Positions 27,612 through 43,205 of a stretch of 64,000 nucleotides of DNA are shown here, one piece after another; the first letter of the stretch is position 1; every line of letters starts with the position of its first letter. A model generated the notes under the pieces. That model worked only from the letters and a program-made list of their open reading frames with translations, had not been told where the DNA came from and ran no database searches. The DNA lies in the sequence record PV611058.1. One strand, 5' to 3'. The position numbers were made by a program, and so were the translations under genes.

Positions 27612-28236
27612 GATGTTCAACTAAAGCGTTAAGTTGAACTACAATCATTAAGCTGTATGCATACGCATGTGGCTTTTTGAAATATCGTAACTTATTTCCT
27701 GCTTGGTCTGTGCCAATAGTACTGTAATCCCATATAGTGGATTCAACTTCACTCCATGTATTCATACTTTGGCACTGCCTTTTTCCAGGACGAATCATTG
27801 CAATAAACATTGCAAGTTCATCAATGGATTTAGGTTTCCACACATTTAATAAAGTAACGTGTTTTTTAATCTGTGAAAGATGTTCAACTATTTCTGGTTC
27901 TAACAGAAGATCCCAATTAGGTTCCTGATTCATTAGTTCTTTTAAATGTGCTCTATCACGAACATACTGGTAAGCCGATTGTGACAGGATATCTACCTTT
28001 TGATATCCCAAGCGTTCGGCTTCTTTATATTGTATGCTGGCTAAACCAGTGATAGGGTCAATTGGTATATTATCAAAATGAACACCACTGTTATGGGGGA
28101 TTAAACCATCCTCCGTAATTTTTTCTGTACTTCGCACACAAGGAAGCTGTGCAATCACTGACTTACTATCTTTAAAGTCAATGTCGATATCTGTTCGTGC
28201 TTTACGGTACGAATTAGAATTTGTCGAATCCTGCAT
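27598..28236 (-). CDS. Minimal DNA polymerase III alpha (DnaE)-like catalytic core
   Basis: RTDIDIDF, PHNSGV, KVDIL, LAMFIAMIRPG, FKKPHAYAY. Confidence 0.85.
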   Translation of the reverse strand: MQDSTNSNSYRKARTDIDIDFKDSKSVIAQLPCVRSTEKITEDGLIPHNSGVHFDNIPIDPITGLASIQYKEAERLGYQKVDILSQSAYQYVRDRAHLKELMNQEPNWDLLLEPEIVEHLSQIKKHVTLLNVWKPKSIDELAMFIAMIRPGKRQCQSMNTWSEVESTIWDYSTIGTDQAGNKLRYFKKPHAYAYSLMIVVQLNALVEHLTSS

Positions 28237-28543
28237 TTTTGATTTGCTCCTGCAATTTGTTTACAGTGTTAGATAATTTGGTTACCTGATTTTCTAACAT
28301 TGTACACTTTTGTTTGGTCTTTGACAACTCTTGACTTAGACCAAAGAATCTTTCCTCATGTCTTTCAACCATACTGATAATTTTTTCTACACGAACAGGA
28401 TCGTGCACCTGAAAGGTTTTACCATCAAGTGTAATTTCAGTTATAGAACCCTGTCTAAGCAATGATAAAGATTTAGATTTATCTGCTTTAGGCACAGGTA
28501 CATACCCTTCTGGTATTTTATTATATATACTTTTTCCATTCAT
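28214..28543 (-). CDS. Hypothetical coiled-coil protein
   Basis: C-terminal heptads LSQELSKTKQKCTMLENQVTKL. Confidence 0.65.
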   Translation of the reverse strand: MNGKSIYNKIPEGYVPVPKADKSKSLSLLRQGSITEITLDGKTFQVHDPVRVEKIISMVERHEERFFGLSQELSKTKQKCTMLENQVTKLSNTVNKLQEQIKNAGFDKF

Positions 28544-29250
28544 AATCCAGCCTCACGTAGCATACTTTTTATTTCATCACATTCCTTTTTGTACTTTATA
28601 GTTTTAACCTCAAAGTAACTAGGATCAATGTATTTAAGTATATACTCGATTTCAGAGTTAGAGAGATTCTTGAAAAACTTATTAGTACTTTCTTTTGGTG
28701 CTAACCAGATAATCCAAGGTGAAATCTTACCACTCTCAATCCATGCAATTGCACGGGCAGAACTCACATTGGAAAAAAACTTATTCCACTCCAAGTTCAG
28801 ATTCTGACCCCATTCCACCATCGCAACAACACTACGGGAAACCGCAGCATTGGGAGATTCAGAACGAATACAATCTAATATCCATTCATCCTTTGCTTTA
28901 TAAGTACTCCATTCCATAATAGGACGGTTTCTTACAATTAGACTTTTCACAAAACCATCAATATCTAAAATATCACGGTTGTTCAAATAATAAATTGCAA
29001 AATCATAAAAATCACTAAAGTACTTTGATTTTATAAAAGCCATTAATGGTTCAACTCCCTTCTTGAAAGGGAAATGGTTTAACTCCATGAATTGCATATA
29101 AATGCGAAAAGCCTCCCTCATGGGGCGGCTATCACGATCTTCGTAGCGGTCACGTTTAACACACTTATGTGTGTTAACTGTGTCTTCGCGTTTAAATTCT
29201 TTATCACAGAACTTACATTTGTATACGGGACTACTTGATTTCTTTGCCAT
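28540..29250 (-). CDS. Hypothetical protein with an N-terminal C2H2-type Zn finger
   Basis: YKCKFCDKEFKREDTVNTHKC. Confidence 0.7.
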   Translation of the reverse strand: MAKKSSSPVYKCKFCDKEFKREDTVNTHKCVKRDRYEDRDSRPMREAFRIYMQFMELNHFPFKKGVEPLMAFIKSKYFSDFYDFAIYYLNNRDILDIDGFVKSLIVRNRPIMEWSTYKAKDEWILDCIRSESPNAAVSRSVVAMVEWGQNLNLEWNKFFSNVSSARAIAWIESGKISPWIIWLAPKESTNKFFKNLSNSEIEYILKYIDPSYFEVKTIKYKKECDEIKSMLREAGL

Positions 29251-30076
29251 ATTTCTTACATTCTTCTTTAAATAATTTCATCATTGATTTCATTTCTTTC
29301 TCTTGTAAACCTATGTCTTCAAGGAAAGACTCGAATGTTTTTTTGTTATATTGCAACAAAACAATTTTATATTCATCTTCGTTCATTTGAGTTGCGATTG
29401 AATCTGGTTGTGTACTTTTAATGAGTTCAAATAATTCATTATTAGCACGCTTAAAACTCTTGGAAAAGTTTAACCAGTTTCGTGGCAATTCCTTACCACC
29501 CAACATATCATGAACAGAACATAGTAGTTGATATACAAGTTCAGGGTGTTCTTTCATATCCCAGAACCCATCATTAACCATATCATTCAACATAATCAAC
29601 TGATAACGTACAACGTCACTGTCAACCAATGAGATGATCTGTCCACCAGCAATACTAAATTCAGTCATTGCTGCAATCAACTTGTTAGCATCATCATTGC
29701 TTTGTACGGCAAACTTGATACGCCAATCATAGTCACTGTGACAGTACTTAGTAACTGATGTTACATTAACACCAGTACTATTGAGTTCTTTGACAAGTTC
29801 AGTGAGTGCTTCTTTGCCACCAGCTTTCCACTTACCAAATACGTTTTCCACTTTACTACTAGGGAAAGTTACTTGAAGTGAGTCATCAAGTGAACTTACC
29901 CAACGAAGTACTGTATAAGGCGTAAATTCCTTACGCTCATCTTCGGTCATGTCATTATAGTATTTGTAATCTGCACGGTCAATATGTTTTAGAAATTCAG
30001 CAATAGAAAATGTATGCTGGGTTGGTTTATCGTTTTCGTCTACTGACTTAGCTTTAATATTACTGAAATCTAACAC
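29231..30076 (-). CDS. Clamp loader small subunit (gp62-like) with an internal insertion
   Basis: FTPYTVLRWVSS...LNDMVN...HPELVYQLL resembles the gp62 pattern PY..NR.LS...NEMN. Confidence 0.5.
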   Translation of the reverse strand: MLDFSNIKAKSVDENDKPTQHTFSIAEFLKHIDRADYKYYNDMTEDERKEFTPYTVLRWVSSLDDSLQVTFPSSKVENVFGKWKAGGKEALTELVKELNSTGVNVTSVTKYCHSDYDWRIKFAVQSNDDANKLIAAMTEFSIAGGQIISLVDSDVVRYQLIMLNDMVNDGFWDMKEHPELVYQLLCSVHDMLGGKELPRNWLNFSKSFKRANNELFELIKSTQPDSIATQMNEDEYKIVLLQYNKKTFESFLEDIGLQEKEMKSMMKLFKEECKKYGKEIK

Positions 30077-30078
30077 TA

Positions 30079-30576
30079 TTACACTCCTAGATACAAATCT
30101 TGAATTTTCTCGTTCTCATCTGCAAAGTAAACACAAGGTGGATTATCACCACTGTGCAGAGGAACACATAGTAAGTTCTTCTTAGGCAGCATAGGGATCT
30201 GCCACTTAGTAGTGAGTGCGAATACACGCAGTACTTTTACAGGTTCAAACTTAGGATACATCGAACGGATTGGATTGTAAACAAAAGCTTTAGGTTCTTT
30301 CATATTAAGAATGTTTTCAATGGTACACATCTCAACCATACCCGTCTCTTCATCACCCAACATGATTTGCCAACCCAATGGTACTTGGATAATCTTTTCA
30401 CCAATCTGCAAATCAGCACTGATACTATTAAATGATACAGTGTTCAAAATGTGGCGAAAATAAAAGTCAGAGTCACCGTTTGGACTCAAATCTAAAACAC
30501 AATACATTTCTGATGGAATGTGTTCAGTTACTAAATCCATATCAAATGAATTATTTTCTGGGGTTAATACGTTCAT
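30079..30576 (-). CDS. Hypothetical protein
   Basis: 165 aa ORF with RBS. Confidence 0.7.
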   Translation of the reverse strand: MNVLTPENNSFDMDLVTEHIPSEMYCVLDLSPNGDSDFYFRHILNTVSFNSISADLQIGEKIIQVPLGWQIMLGDEETGMVEMCTIENILNMKEPKAFVYNPIRSMYPKFEPVKVLRVFALTTKWQIPMLPKKNLLCVPLHSGDNPPCVYFADENEKIQDLYLGV

Positions 30577-30585
30577 CTCATCTCC

Positions 30586-31014
30586 TTAGTACTGGGAATC
30601 TTCATCTTCATCGTAGTAATCTTCTTCATCTTCATCGGATGTACCATAGAATTCAAGACCATACGTTTCACACATTTCTTGAATCTTATCAACATCGGTA
30701 TCTAAGTAAGAATCAAAATTACCACTAAGACTAACAACATCAATAAACGTTGTAGTATCAGTACTTGCATAGATGATATCATATTTTAATGATTCAACTT
30801 TCGAGTCAATTCTGGTTTGCAATTCATAGATATTAATCCATGAATTAGTGTCAATATTACATCTCCAAACATTAGTATCGTCAGTTTCTAGTTCAGGTAT
30901 ATAGTCAAGTGAAGATACCATGTCATCCATAATACCATCATCATTCAACAATACATCAATTACATCTAACGTTTCTTGGTCACAGATAAAAGCAATACTA
31001 GATCTTAATTCCAT
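30586..31014 (-). CDS. Hypothetical acidic protein
   Basis: 142 aa ORF with AGGAAG RBS and an upstream -10 box. Confidence 0.7.
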   Translation of the reverse strand: MELRSSIAFICDQETLDVIDVLLNDDGIMDDMVSSLDYIPELETDDTNVWRCNIDTNSWINIYELQTRIDSKVESLKYDIIYASTDTTTFIDVVSLSGNFDSYLDTDVDKIQEMCETYGLEFYGTSDEDEEDYYDEDEDSQY

Positions 31015-31070
31015 TTTTATTTTACTTCCTTGTTGTTGTCATACGACACATTATATCATGTACAGCGGGA

Positions 31071-32555
31071 TTATCCCGCTGTATTTTCCCAATCCTTAAC
31101 ATCTATGATACTATGAGGATATTGTGCTTCCTTATAGTATTGTAAACGTTCACGTAAGTGTTTTGCACTATATTTGTTTGTACCACTGATATCAAAGATT
31201 TCCACGTGGTCTTTGTCTTCTGCACGACGCAACCCACGACCAATGGACTGTATTGTACGAACGAAGCTTTTTCCTGGTTCGATTAGAACGACATTATACA
31301 AACGAGAAATACTGATACCAGTACTTGCTACCCCATAGGTTGCAATGAGTATTTTGTTATCAGCCCAGCGAATTTCACCATATGAAGATTCACGGTCTTT
31401 CTTTTTGGTTTCCCCACGAACAAATTCTGACTTAGGAATACCCAAAAATTCACAAAGCAATTCACCAGCTTCAAGTCTATCAACCAGTACTAAAGTGTTT
31501 CCAGATTCTGCTAACGCACCTATCAGTGATGCTACATATGCCATTCTATCACGGTCAGTAACTAAGTACTTCAATTCTTCTGCATATGACGCGAACTTTA
31601 AATTACTTTTAAGTTTAATACAGTTCACATTACATGTGCTTAGTATTTTTTTATCTTGTAATTCTTTAGCTGTGATTTTAAATATCACATCACCAACGTT
31701 ACATTTAATCTTCGCAGCGACAACTTGGTCTTTAGGGATTGTACCAGTTAATCCCCAGCGAAGTGGGACGTTATTCATAACTTTAGAGAGTACTTGAACT
31801 AATGCATCACCACCAGCACCTTGACACTCATCGACAATCACACAAACCACACCATCAATAAAGTCATGAACGTCTTGTTCAGTCAGTTCAATTTCACCTT
31901 TCTTTGTTTTCTTCCACAAAGAGTTGAATGACTGCCAGGTAGTGATTGTGTGTTGGTGACCAAAGTCTTTCTGTGCACCATAGAACACTCCAGTGTCAAG
32001 ACCACACATAACATAGTCATCATATGTTTGCTGCACCAAATCAGTACTAGGTACGATAATCACAGAACGTCCATACTCTTGTACCTTCTTGGATAATGCC
32101 GCTGTGATGAGCGTTTTACCAGCCCCTGTAGCTGCTAATAATAAACCATGTGGGTTTGCAAGGCAAGCATTAACTGCGTTCACCTGATGCTCTCTGAGCT
32201 TGATTGACTTACCTTCCATGTGGTGTCCAGCACCAAACACAACATCACTAAAAATATCTTCATCAATTGGTTCAAAATTGAATCCGTAATTGACACGATG
32301 ATCTTCAAGTTCAATATCAATTTTTGCTTCATCTAAGATTGGCAACAACTTATCCAACATGTGGTAGTAAGTACTGCCACCTAAGTTCATAAACTGTACC
32401 TTACCATCCCAACGACCAATACGACCAGCAGGGGTGAACTTAGCGTATGGAAGTACATATTCTGTTGCACGAATCATCTTCTGACGAATTGAGGGATCTA
32501 GTCCCTCAAATTTACAATTAACCTCGTCCAGTAAGGTTAGCTTACAAGTTTTCAT
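31071..32555 (-). CDS. uvsW: UvsW SF2 helicase
   Basis: LREHQ, AATGAGKT, IVDECQ, GLTGT, TGISISRL, QSIGRGLR. Confidence 0.95.
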   Translation of the reverse strand: MKTCKLTLLDEVNCKFEGLDPSIRQKMIRATEYVLPYAKFTPAGRIGRWDGKVQFMNLGGSTYYHMLDKLLPILDEAKIDIELEDHRVNYGFNFEPIDEDIFSDVVFGAGHHMEGKSIKLREHQVNAVNACLANPHGLLLAATGAGKTLITAALSKKVQEYGRSVIIVPSTDLVQQTYDDYVMCGLDTGVFYGAQKDFGHQHTITTWQSFNSLWKKTKKGEIELTEQDVHDFIDGVVCVIVDECQGAGGDALVQVLSKVMNNVPLRWGLTGTIPKDQVVAAKIKCNVGDVIFKITAKELQDKKILSTCNVNCIKLKSNLKFASYAEELKYLVTDRDRMAYVASLIGALAESGNTLVLVDRLEAGELLCEFLGIPKSEFVRGETKKKDRESSYGEIRWADNKILIATYGVASTGISISRLYNVVLIEPGKSFVRTIQSIGRGLRRAEDKDHVEIFDISGTNKYSAKHLRERLQYYKEAQYPHSIIDVKDWENTAG

Positions 32556-32570
32556 CCATGAATACCTTTA

Positions 32571-33389
32571 TTAATTAGTTCGAGTATTATATTCGTACTC
32601 AAATGTATATACTAAATCTTTATCACAGTTTGGGTTACTTGCATCAAGGATATCACTGTTAGTAATCATCCATTCAATATAGTTCAATGGAACAGTTTCC
32701 ATTGGTTCGCCTTTGTGTTTACCAAATGGCATGAATTTATAACGCATTGGTGTATTACAGAATGTTACGATTTGTTCACCAATGTCACCATTAGGGTCAA
32801 TATGTCCACGTTCAATCGCAACTTCAATCAACTTGATTAGAACTTGATAACACATAAACACGTCATCTTTTGCTGCGTGAGCATTGACTGCACGATGTAC
32901 GTCACGATAGCAACCAAATTTATACCACAAATAACTTAGAGTTAAGTTTTTGAATTCAGTGTCTTCTGCAAACATCTTCTTAGCTAAACGAAGAGTACAA
33001 ATCCATTTATCTTCATCGAGCAAGTACTGTGAAACTGAGTTACGATATTTATATTCGTTATCTACCATCATTCGGCGGTCAAATTGAACGTTGTGTCCAA
33101 TAAAATAATCACGACAGCCCATGAGTGCGTCGATGTTTTCTAAGTCATCTTTATAACCAATGCAGTTTGCTACATCTTCAGTACTGATGAAATGAACTGC
33201 ACTTGCTTCTGGTGGTATATCTTTTAGTGGTTTGTAACGTAAAGTATAGTTATCGATGGTATCAATATTCTCATGAGCATTATGAGGATATGAAATACTA
33301 AATTCGATAATATCATCTTCACTTTCAACTCCAGTTGTTTCTGTGTCTAGTACTGATACGTTTGATAGGAACTCATCTAATTTTGTCAT
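32571..33389 (-). CDS. DEDDh 3'-5' exonuclease (ExoX/DnaQ-like)
   Basis: LDTETTG, GHNVQFD, HAAKDD, C-terminal MPFGKHKG. Confidence 0.92.
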   Translation of the reverse strand: MTKLDEFLSNVSVLDTETTGVESEDDIIEFSISYPHNAHENIDTIDNYTLRYKPLKDIPPEASAVHFISTEDVANCIGYKDDLENIDALMGCRDYFIGHNVQFDRRMMVDNEYKYRNSVSQYLLDEDKWICTLRLAKKMFAEDTEFKNLTLSYLWYKFGCYRDVHRAVNAHAAKDDVFMCYQVLIKLIEVAIERGHIDPNGDIGEQIVTFCNTPMRYKFMPFGKHKGEPMETVPLNYIEWMITNSDILDASNPNCDKDLVYTFEYEYNTRTN

Positions 33390-33436
33390 TTTATTCTCGC
33401 ATAGAAAAAGGACGCGTAATGCGTCCTTATGGATAG

Positions 33437-33898
33437 TTATTCTAAACGTGCATCTTCAATACCAGCAGCACGTAGTCTCACAATATTGTTTAACTGAAAA
33501 GCTTTCATCTCTAAGGATTTAACAATACTGGAAAACGTATTACGGATATATGATACTTCATTTATTAGTTCTGATAATTCACAAACTTCTTTATCACCTT
33601 CAACATACTTTTTACAGTCAGAAGATGATAGTGCTCGACGATATGCTTCAAGGAAATATTTAAACTTTTCAGCTTGTAGTTGACGCATTTCAATTTCTAG
33701 CATTTCAAGTACCGCTTCTAGTTCTTGAAGCTGACTGAGACGAGTCTCATGCCAGCCTGGAATCTCCTGAGCAATCTTTTCAATGATGCCAATCTTTTTA
33801 ACTTCACGACGAGCTTCTTCAGTTTCTTTTTCGAAGTGTTCAATCATGTCGATTATTTTAGATTTATCATCTTTGATGATCCAATGCCAAGGTTTCAT
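33437..33898 (-). CDS. uvsY: Recombination mediator UvsY
   Basis: YLEAYRRALSSSDCKKYVEGD; KSLEMKAFQLNNIVRLRAAGIED. Confidence 0.88.
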   Translation of the reverse strand: MKPWHWIIKDDKSKIIDMIEHFEKETEEARREVKKIGIIEKIAQEIPGWHETRLSQLQELEAVLEMLEIEMRQLQAEKFKYFLEAYRRALSSSDCKKYVEGDKEVCELSELINEVSYIRNTFSSIVKSLEMKAFQLNNIVRLRAAGIEDARLE

Positions 33899-35016
33899 TA
33901 TTCCTCACTACTTCCAATATCAGTACCAAATGATTCATCACCTTTTTCTTCTTCTTTGACTTCTTCAATCAAAGGGTGACGTTTGAATTGATTCATAACT
34001 AAATCAAGGCAAGAATCTTCGTTACGCATCCATTCTTTACGATATTTTAGAATCTGTTCACCAGTGTCAATATCAACGTACATTAGACGGTTACCAGATT
34101 TAACGATAAGTTCATATTTCTCGAACATATCTAGTAGACCACTGCGTGGGTCCATACCTTTATCCCAAGGAATTTTAATCTCAACATCTTCAAATGGTTT
34201 GTTGTAACGAGTCTTCATGACTTTACATTTAGAACGAATACCACTTACATCTGAAGTCTTGTTGCCTTCTTCATCTTCTTTAAGTTTTAGTTTACCCATT
34301 GCGATAACCATAGAAGATGCATAAATCAAACCACTACCACCAGATACTTTTGGATCAGGGTTGAACATATCTTGGGATTCATAACTATGGTTTACACAAA
34401 CCATACCAATGTTAAGTGAACCAATCGAGTTTACGCAGTTGGTGATGTAAGCTTTAAGCTGTTTAGGTTTGTGACCCATATCACCTTTCAAGTTACCAGC
34501 TTTCATCTGGTCATTAGCAACTTCAGTATTCAACATACCAATTGAGTCGATAATGAATAATACTTTTTGACGTTCGTCTTTAGGAGTATTTTCGTATTCT
34601 TTACGATACCCTTCGATGAACTCATAGGTAAATTTAGCAACATCACCAATCATACCCATGTTTACTTTTAGTAGTTTTTCTTCTGAAGTGTCTACACCTA
34701 GTGCTTGTAGCCAATCTGAATCCAATGCGTTCTCGGAATCAATCATAACAACAAAGATACCTTGTTGTTGTGCTTCACGGGCGATGTTTCCAGAAACGAT
34801 AAATGATTTACCAGAACCAGATTCACCAGCAAACATTGTTACTTTACCTAGTGGAATACCACGGTCAAAATAACCACTAATACGATAGTTCAAAGCAAAG
34901 TTACCAGTACTAATCCATGTATCAGGATCATGAAAGCCTACGCTAACACCAGTATTCTTTTTAACGCTACCAGTACTATTTTTTAGAATGTTTGCAAAAC
35001 CACTTGTCATTTTCAT
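33898..35016 (-). CDS. uvsX: RecA-like recombinase UvsX
   Basis: WISTGNFALN, FAGESGSGKS, IDSENALD, IIDSIGML, VSGGSG. Confidence 0.95.
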   Translation of the reverse strand: MKMTSGFANILKNSTGSVKKNTGVSVGFHDPDTWISTGNFALNYRISGYFDRGIPLGKVTMFAGESGSGKSFIVSGNIAREAQQQGIFVVMIDSENALDSDWLQALGVDTSEEKLLKVNMGMIGDVAKFTYEFIEGYRKEYENTPKDERQKVLFIIDSIGMLNTEVANDQMKAGNLKGDMGHKPKQLKAYITNCVNSIGSLNIGMVCVNHSYESQDMFNPDPKVSGGSGLIYASSMVIAMGKLKLKEDEEGNKTSDVSGIRSKCKVMKTRYNKPFEDVEIKIPWDKGMDPRSGLLDMFEKYELIVKSGNRLMYVDIDTGEQILKYRKEWMRNEDSCLDLVMNQFKRHPLIEEVKEEEKGDESFGTDIGSSEE

Positions 35017-35085
35017 AATTCGCTCCTTGAATTTTATGAAATAAAACGGGGCAAACTCCGTTGCCCCTTAACTTTTCAAATACTA

Positions 35086-36135
35086 TTACTTACCTTGTTG
35101 TTTCAAACGAGCAACTAGTGCAGATGCAGAAAGTTGTTCTTTTGGAGCTTCAGCTACTGGTGCTGGTGCAGCAGCTACTGGTTCAGCAGCAGGAGTAGGA
35201 GTAGCTACTGGTGCTTGCGGTGCAGGAGTTTGTGCAGGAGCAGGTTGTTGTACTGGAGCTTGTGGAGCAGGTTTGTTTTCACTAATAGTACCAGTTGTTG
35301 GTTTTTGTACACCTGCTGGACGGTAAGCGAAAGCCCAACGTGCAGGGTCATAAGGTTTACCATCAACAGATGCTTCGAACATTTCTTCGATAGCTTTTAG
35401 TTCTTCTGGAGTTGGTTGTTTTGGCATAAAATCATTTAGATTATATAGACCAAACTTTTCAATCGCTGCCAGTTCTTCTTCATTGAGTGGACGCTCGGAC
35501 ATGGAGAATTGAGACATGTCATAGCTATTGTAACCACCACCATTCTTAGTTTTAACAATACCAAAGTCACGACCGTGAATGTAGTGAGTTGGTAGTTCTT
35601 TGATGCCTGGGTTTAACAGGATAGATTTAACTTTATCAAAGATATCTTTGTTAGCTAGGATACGACGGATTGGGTTTTCTGGAGCAATATCGTCTTTTAC
35701 TGCTACGCTATCAGGAGCAACGAAACATTGCATTAGATAGGTTTTCTTTTTCCAGTAACGACCAGCCATTGCTTTCAGTTCTTCGTTTCCAGTTTCATTC
35801 GCACTTTGGAACCATTGACGTACTTCTTTAAGAATTGGACATGATTTAGGAACCCACATTTCGTTACATGGTACTTGAACGGTAACTTTATCGGTGTGCA
35901 TACCAACAATACCTTGGAACGTTAGGTTGATCATATCACGTTCACGCCAGAAGAATGGGTTAGACTCATCAGCATCTGGTAGAAAACGTAGGTTTAGTGG
36001 TTCATTGTAAGGGACATTCCAGAAAGCTAGGAAAGAATCGGCTTTACGTTCACCTGTAAATGTACCATTCTTCTGTGCTTCTGCTTTTTCTTGTTCAGCT
36101 TTTAGTTTTGCACGAATTTCAGCTAGAGTTTGCAT
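35086..36135 (-). CDS. gp32: Single-stranded DNA binding protein
   Basis: LRFLPDAD...NPFFW, CPI, GRDF.IVKT...GGYNSYD; P/A-rich C-terminal linker. Confidence 0.88.
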   Translation of the reverse strand: MQTLAEIRAKLKAEQEKAEAQKNGTFTGERKADSFLAFWNVPYNEPLNLRFLPDADESNPFFWRERDMINLTFQGIVGMHTDKVTVQVPCNEMWVPKSCPILKEVRQWFQSANETGNEELKAMAGRYWKKKTYLMQCFVAPDSVAVKDDIAPENPIRRILANKDIFDKVKSILLNPGIKELPTHYIHGRDFGIVKTKNGGGYNSYDMSQFSMSERPLNEEELAAIEKFGLYNLNDFMPKQPTPEELKAIEEMFEASVDGKPYDPARWAFAYRPAGVQKPTTGTISENKPAPQAPVQQPAPAQTPAPQAPVATPTPAAEPVAAAPAPVAEAPKEQLSASALVARLKQQGK

Positions 36136-36222
36136 ATTGGGCTTCCTTGTCATTAGTTTGTTTGTTAAGTTTTAACGGGCTATTAACGTTGATTTGTCTT
36201 CGTTGACTCATCAACAATTTAC

Positions 36223-41720
<5,498 letters not shown>

Positions 41721-41853
41721 TCACTTTCCCAGATTTGATAAATAATATCATAGAGATCAGGGAATATTGCCTTAAATTTAAATGTGGTTTATATTTTTTG
41801 ATAAATAATATTAAGCAGGGTGTTCCTGCACAAAATTTGACAAGGAGATTTTT

Positions 41854-42453
41854 ATGAGTCTTAATTCTTTTAACCGTAACTATGGTATGTCTGCTACTGC
41901 TCGTGAATACTGGGGTGGTAACAATGGTTTCGTAACCATCGTTGTTGATCTACCAGCAGATGTTGAAGTTGGTACTACCGCTGTTACTTCTGACGGTTCC
42001 GAAATTCAAGATGAAGCACTACAAACTGCAATCAGCAATGCTCAATACAACCAATTCATGATTACCCAACTACTACAACAACGTGCAGTACTAGTTACTA
42101 CTTCCGTACTAGCTCTAGACACCGCTGTTGTTATCCCTGCTGACTTTAAAACCGTTGGTGGTAACGTAATCGCGTTTGGTACTAGTGGTGCTGATGTTAC
42201 AGGTGGTGCTGGTTCTGTTGCTCTAACCTTCATCTGTGAACGTCAAGACGTATTTGACAAACAAGAAGTTCGCCCAGGTGCTGCTTACTCTGTTCCAGTT
42301 GATCCAACTGTTGAACTAGCTAAAGCTATTGCACAAGCTAAATTCTTCCGTACCAAATCTTATGTTGCTCTAGGTACTGATGGTGTTGGTGATGCTGCTG
42401 CCGCTGACGCTGTTGCAATTAAAGTTCGTGCTGCTCTACCAGTACAACTATAA
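41854..42453 (+). CDS. Abundant virion protein (decoration-type), paralog A
   Basis: Late promoter TAAATA 41802-41807, strong codon bias, QQRAVLVTTS and TFICERQDVFDK. Confidence 0.65.
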   Translation: MSLNSFNRNYGMSATAREYWGGNNGFVTIVVDLPADVEVGTTAVTSDGSEIQDEALQTAISNAQYNQFMITQLLQQRAVLVTTSVLALDTAVVIPADFKTVGGNVIAFGTSGADVTGGAGSVALTFICERQDVFDKQEVRPGAAYSVPVDPTVELAKAIAQAKFFRTKSYVALGTDGVGDAAAADAVAIKVRAALPVQL

Positions 42454-42468
42454 TAGGGGGACTACAAT

Positions 42469-43158
42469 ATGTCTAATACTAATACTTCTTTTGAACGTAT
42501 CAATGGTTATTCCTTTGATAAAATTCTAGGTTACTTCTGTGGCAAAAACGCCCTAGCATCTATCGCAATTAGTAAAATTGGTAATGTTAACGTGCGTGTT
42601 ACTGGTGCAGTTGGTTCTTTCGCTGGTCTACAACGTTTCCTAAATACTGACGTAGCTGATGAAATCGTTGCATATCTAAACGAAAAAGGTATCATCCGTA
42701 TCGATGGTACTCCATTTGAAGCAGCAACTCTAGAAGCTGATTATAACGCTGCTTACGCTGCACAAACTAACGTTAAACGTATCGTTGATGTTGTTCAACA
42801 ACGTGCAGTTATCATCGCTACTTCCGAAATCGCTGGCAACGACGTTGAGCCATTTGCAGTTACTGGTTTTACCAACGCTGCTGACGGTATCCTAAGTGTT
42901 GGGTCTGTTGATATCGCTAGTGCTTCAGTAGTTACTTTCCTCGTTGAACGTGCTAACGTATTTGATAAAGATATTCAATCTTTCCAAGGCGTTCCAAGTA
43001 CTGAGATCGAAGAAGGCCGTCTACTAATTGATGACCTAACCGCAGTTCCACTACTCGCTAAAGATGGTGTTACTGAAGTTGTTCTACGTTCCCAAGCTGC
43101 TGATGCTGCTGGTGACTTCGGTATCAAACTATTCAAATTCATCCCAGCGATGGTTTAA
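42469..43158 (+). CDS. Abundant virion protein (decoration-type), paralog B
   Basis: QQRAVIIATS and TFLVERANVFDK shared with paralog A. Confidence 0.65.
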   Translation: MSNTNTSFERINGYSFDKILGYFCGKNALASIAISKIGNVNVRVTGAVGSFAGLQRFLNTDVADEIVAYLNEKGIIRIDGTPFEAATLEADYNAAYAAQTNVKRIVDVVQQRAVIIATSEIAGNDVEPFAVTGFTNAADGILSVGSVDIASASVVTFLVERANVFDKDIQSFQGVPSTEIEEGRLLIDDLTAVPLLAKDGVTEVVLRSQAADAAGDFGIKLFKFIPAMV

Positions 43159-43173
43159 TAAATTAAAGATAAA

Positions 43174-43205
43174 AGAAAAGGAGAGCTTTTGCTCTCCTTT
43201 TTTTA
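43174..43205. terminator. Bidirectional terminator
   Basis: AAAGGAGAGC-TTTT-GCTCTCCTTT with flanking A/T tracts. Confidence 0.8.

Noticed and set aside
30079-30576. Hint/intein-like domain upstream of uvsW
   Set aside because: Only a vague beta-rich pattern; no N-terminal Cys/Ser or C-terminal His-Asn splicing motifs
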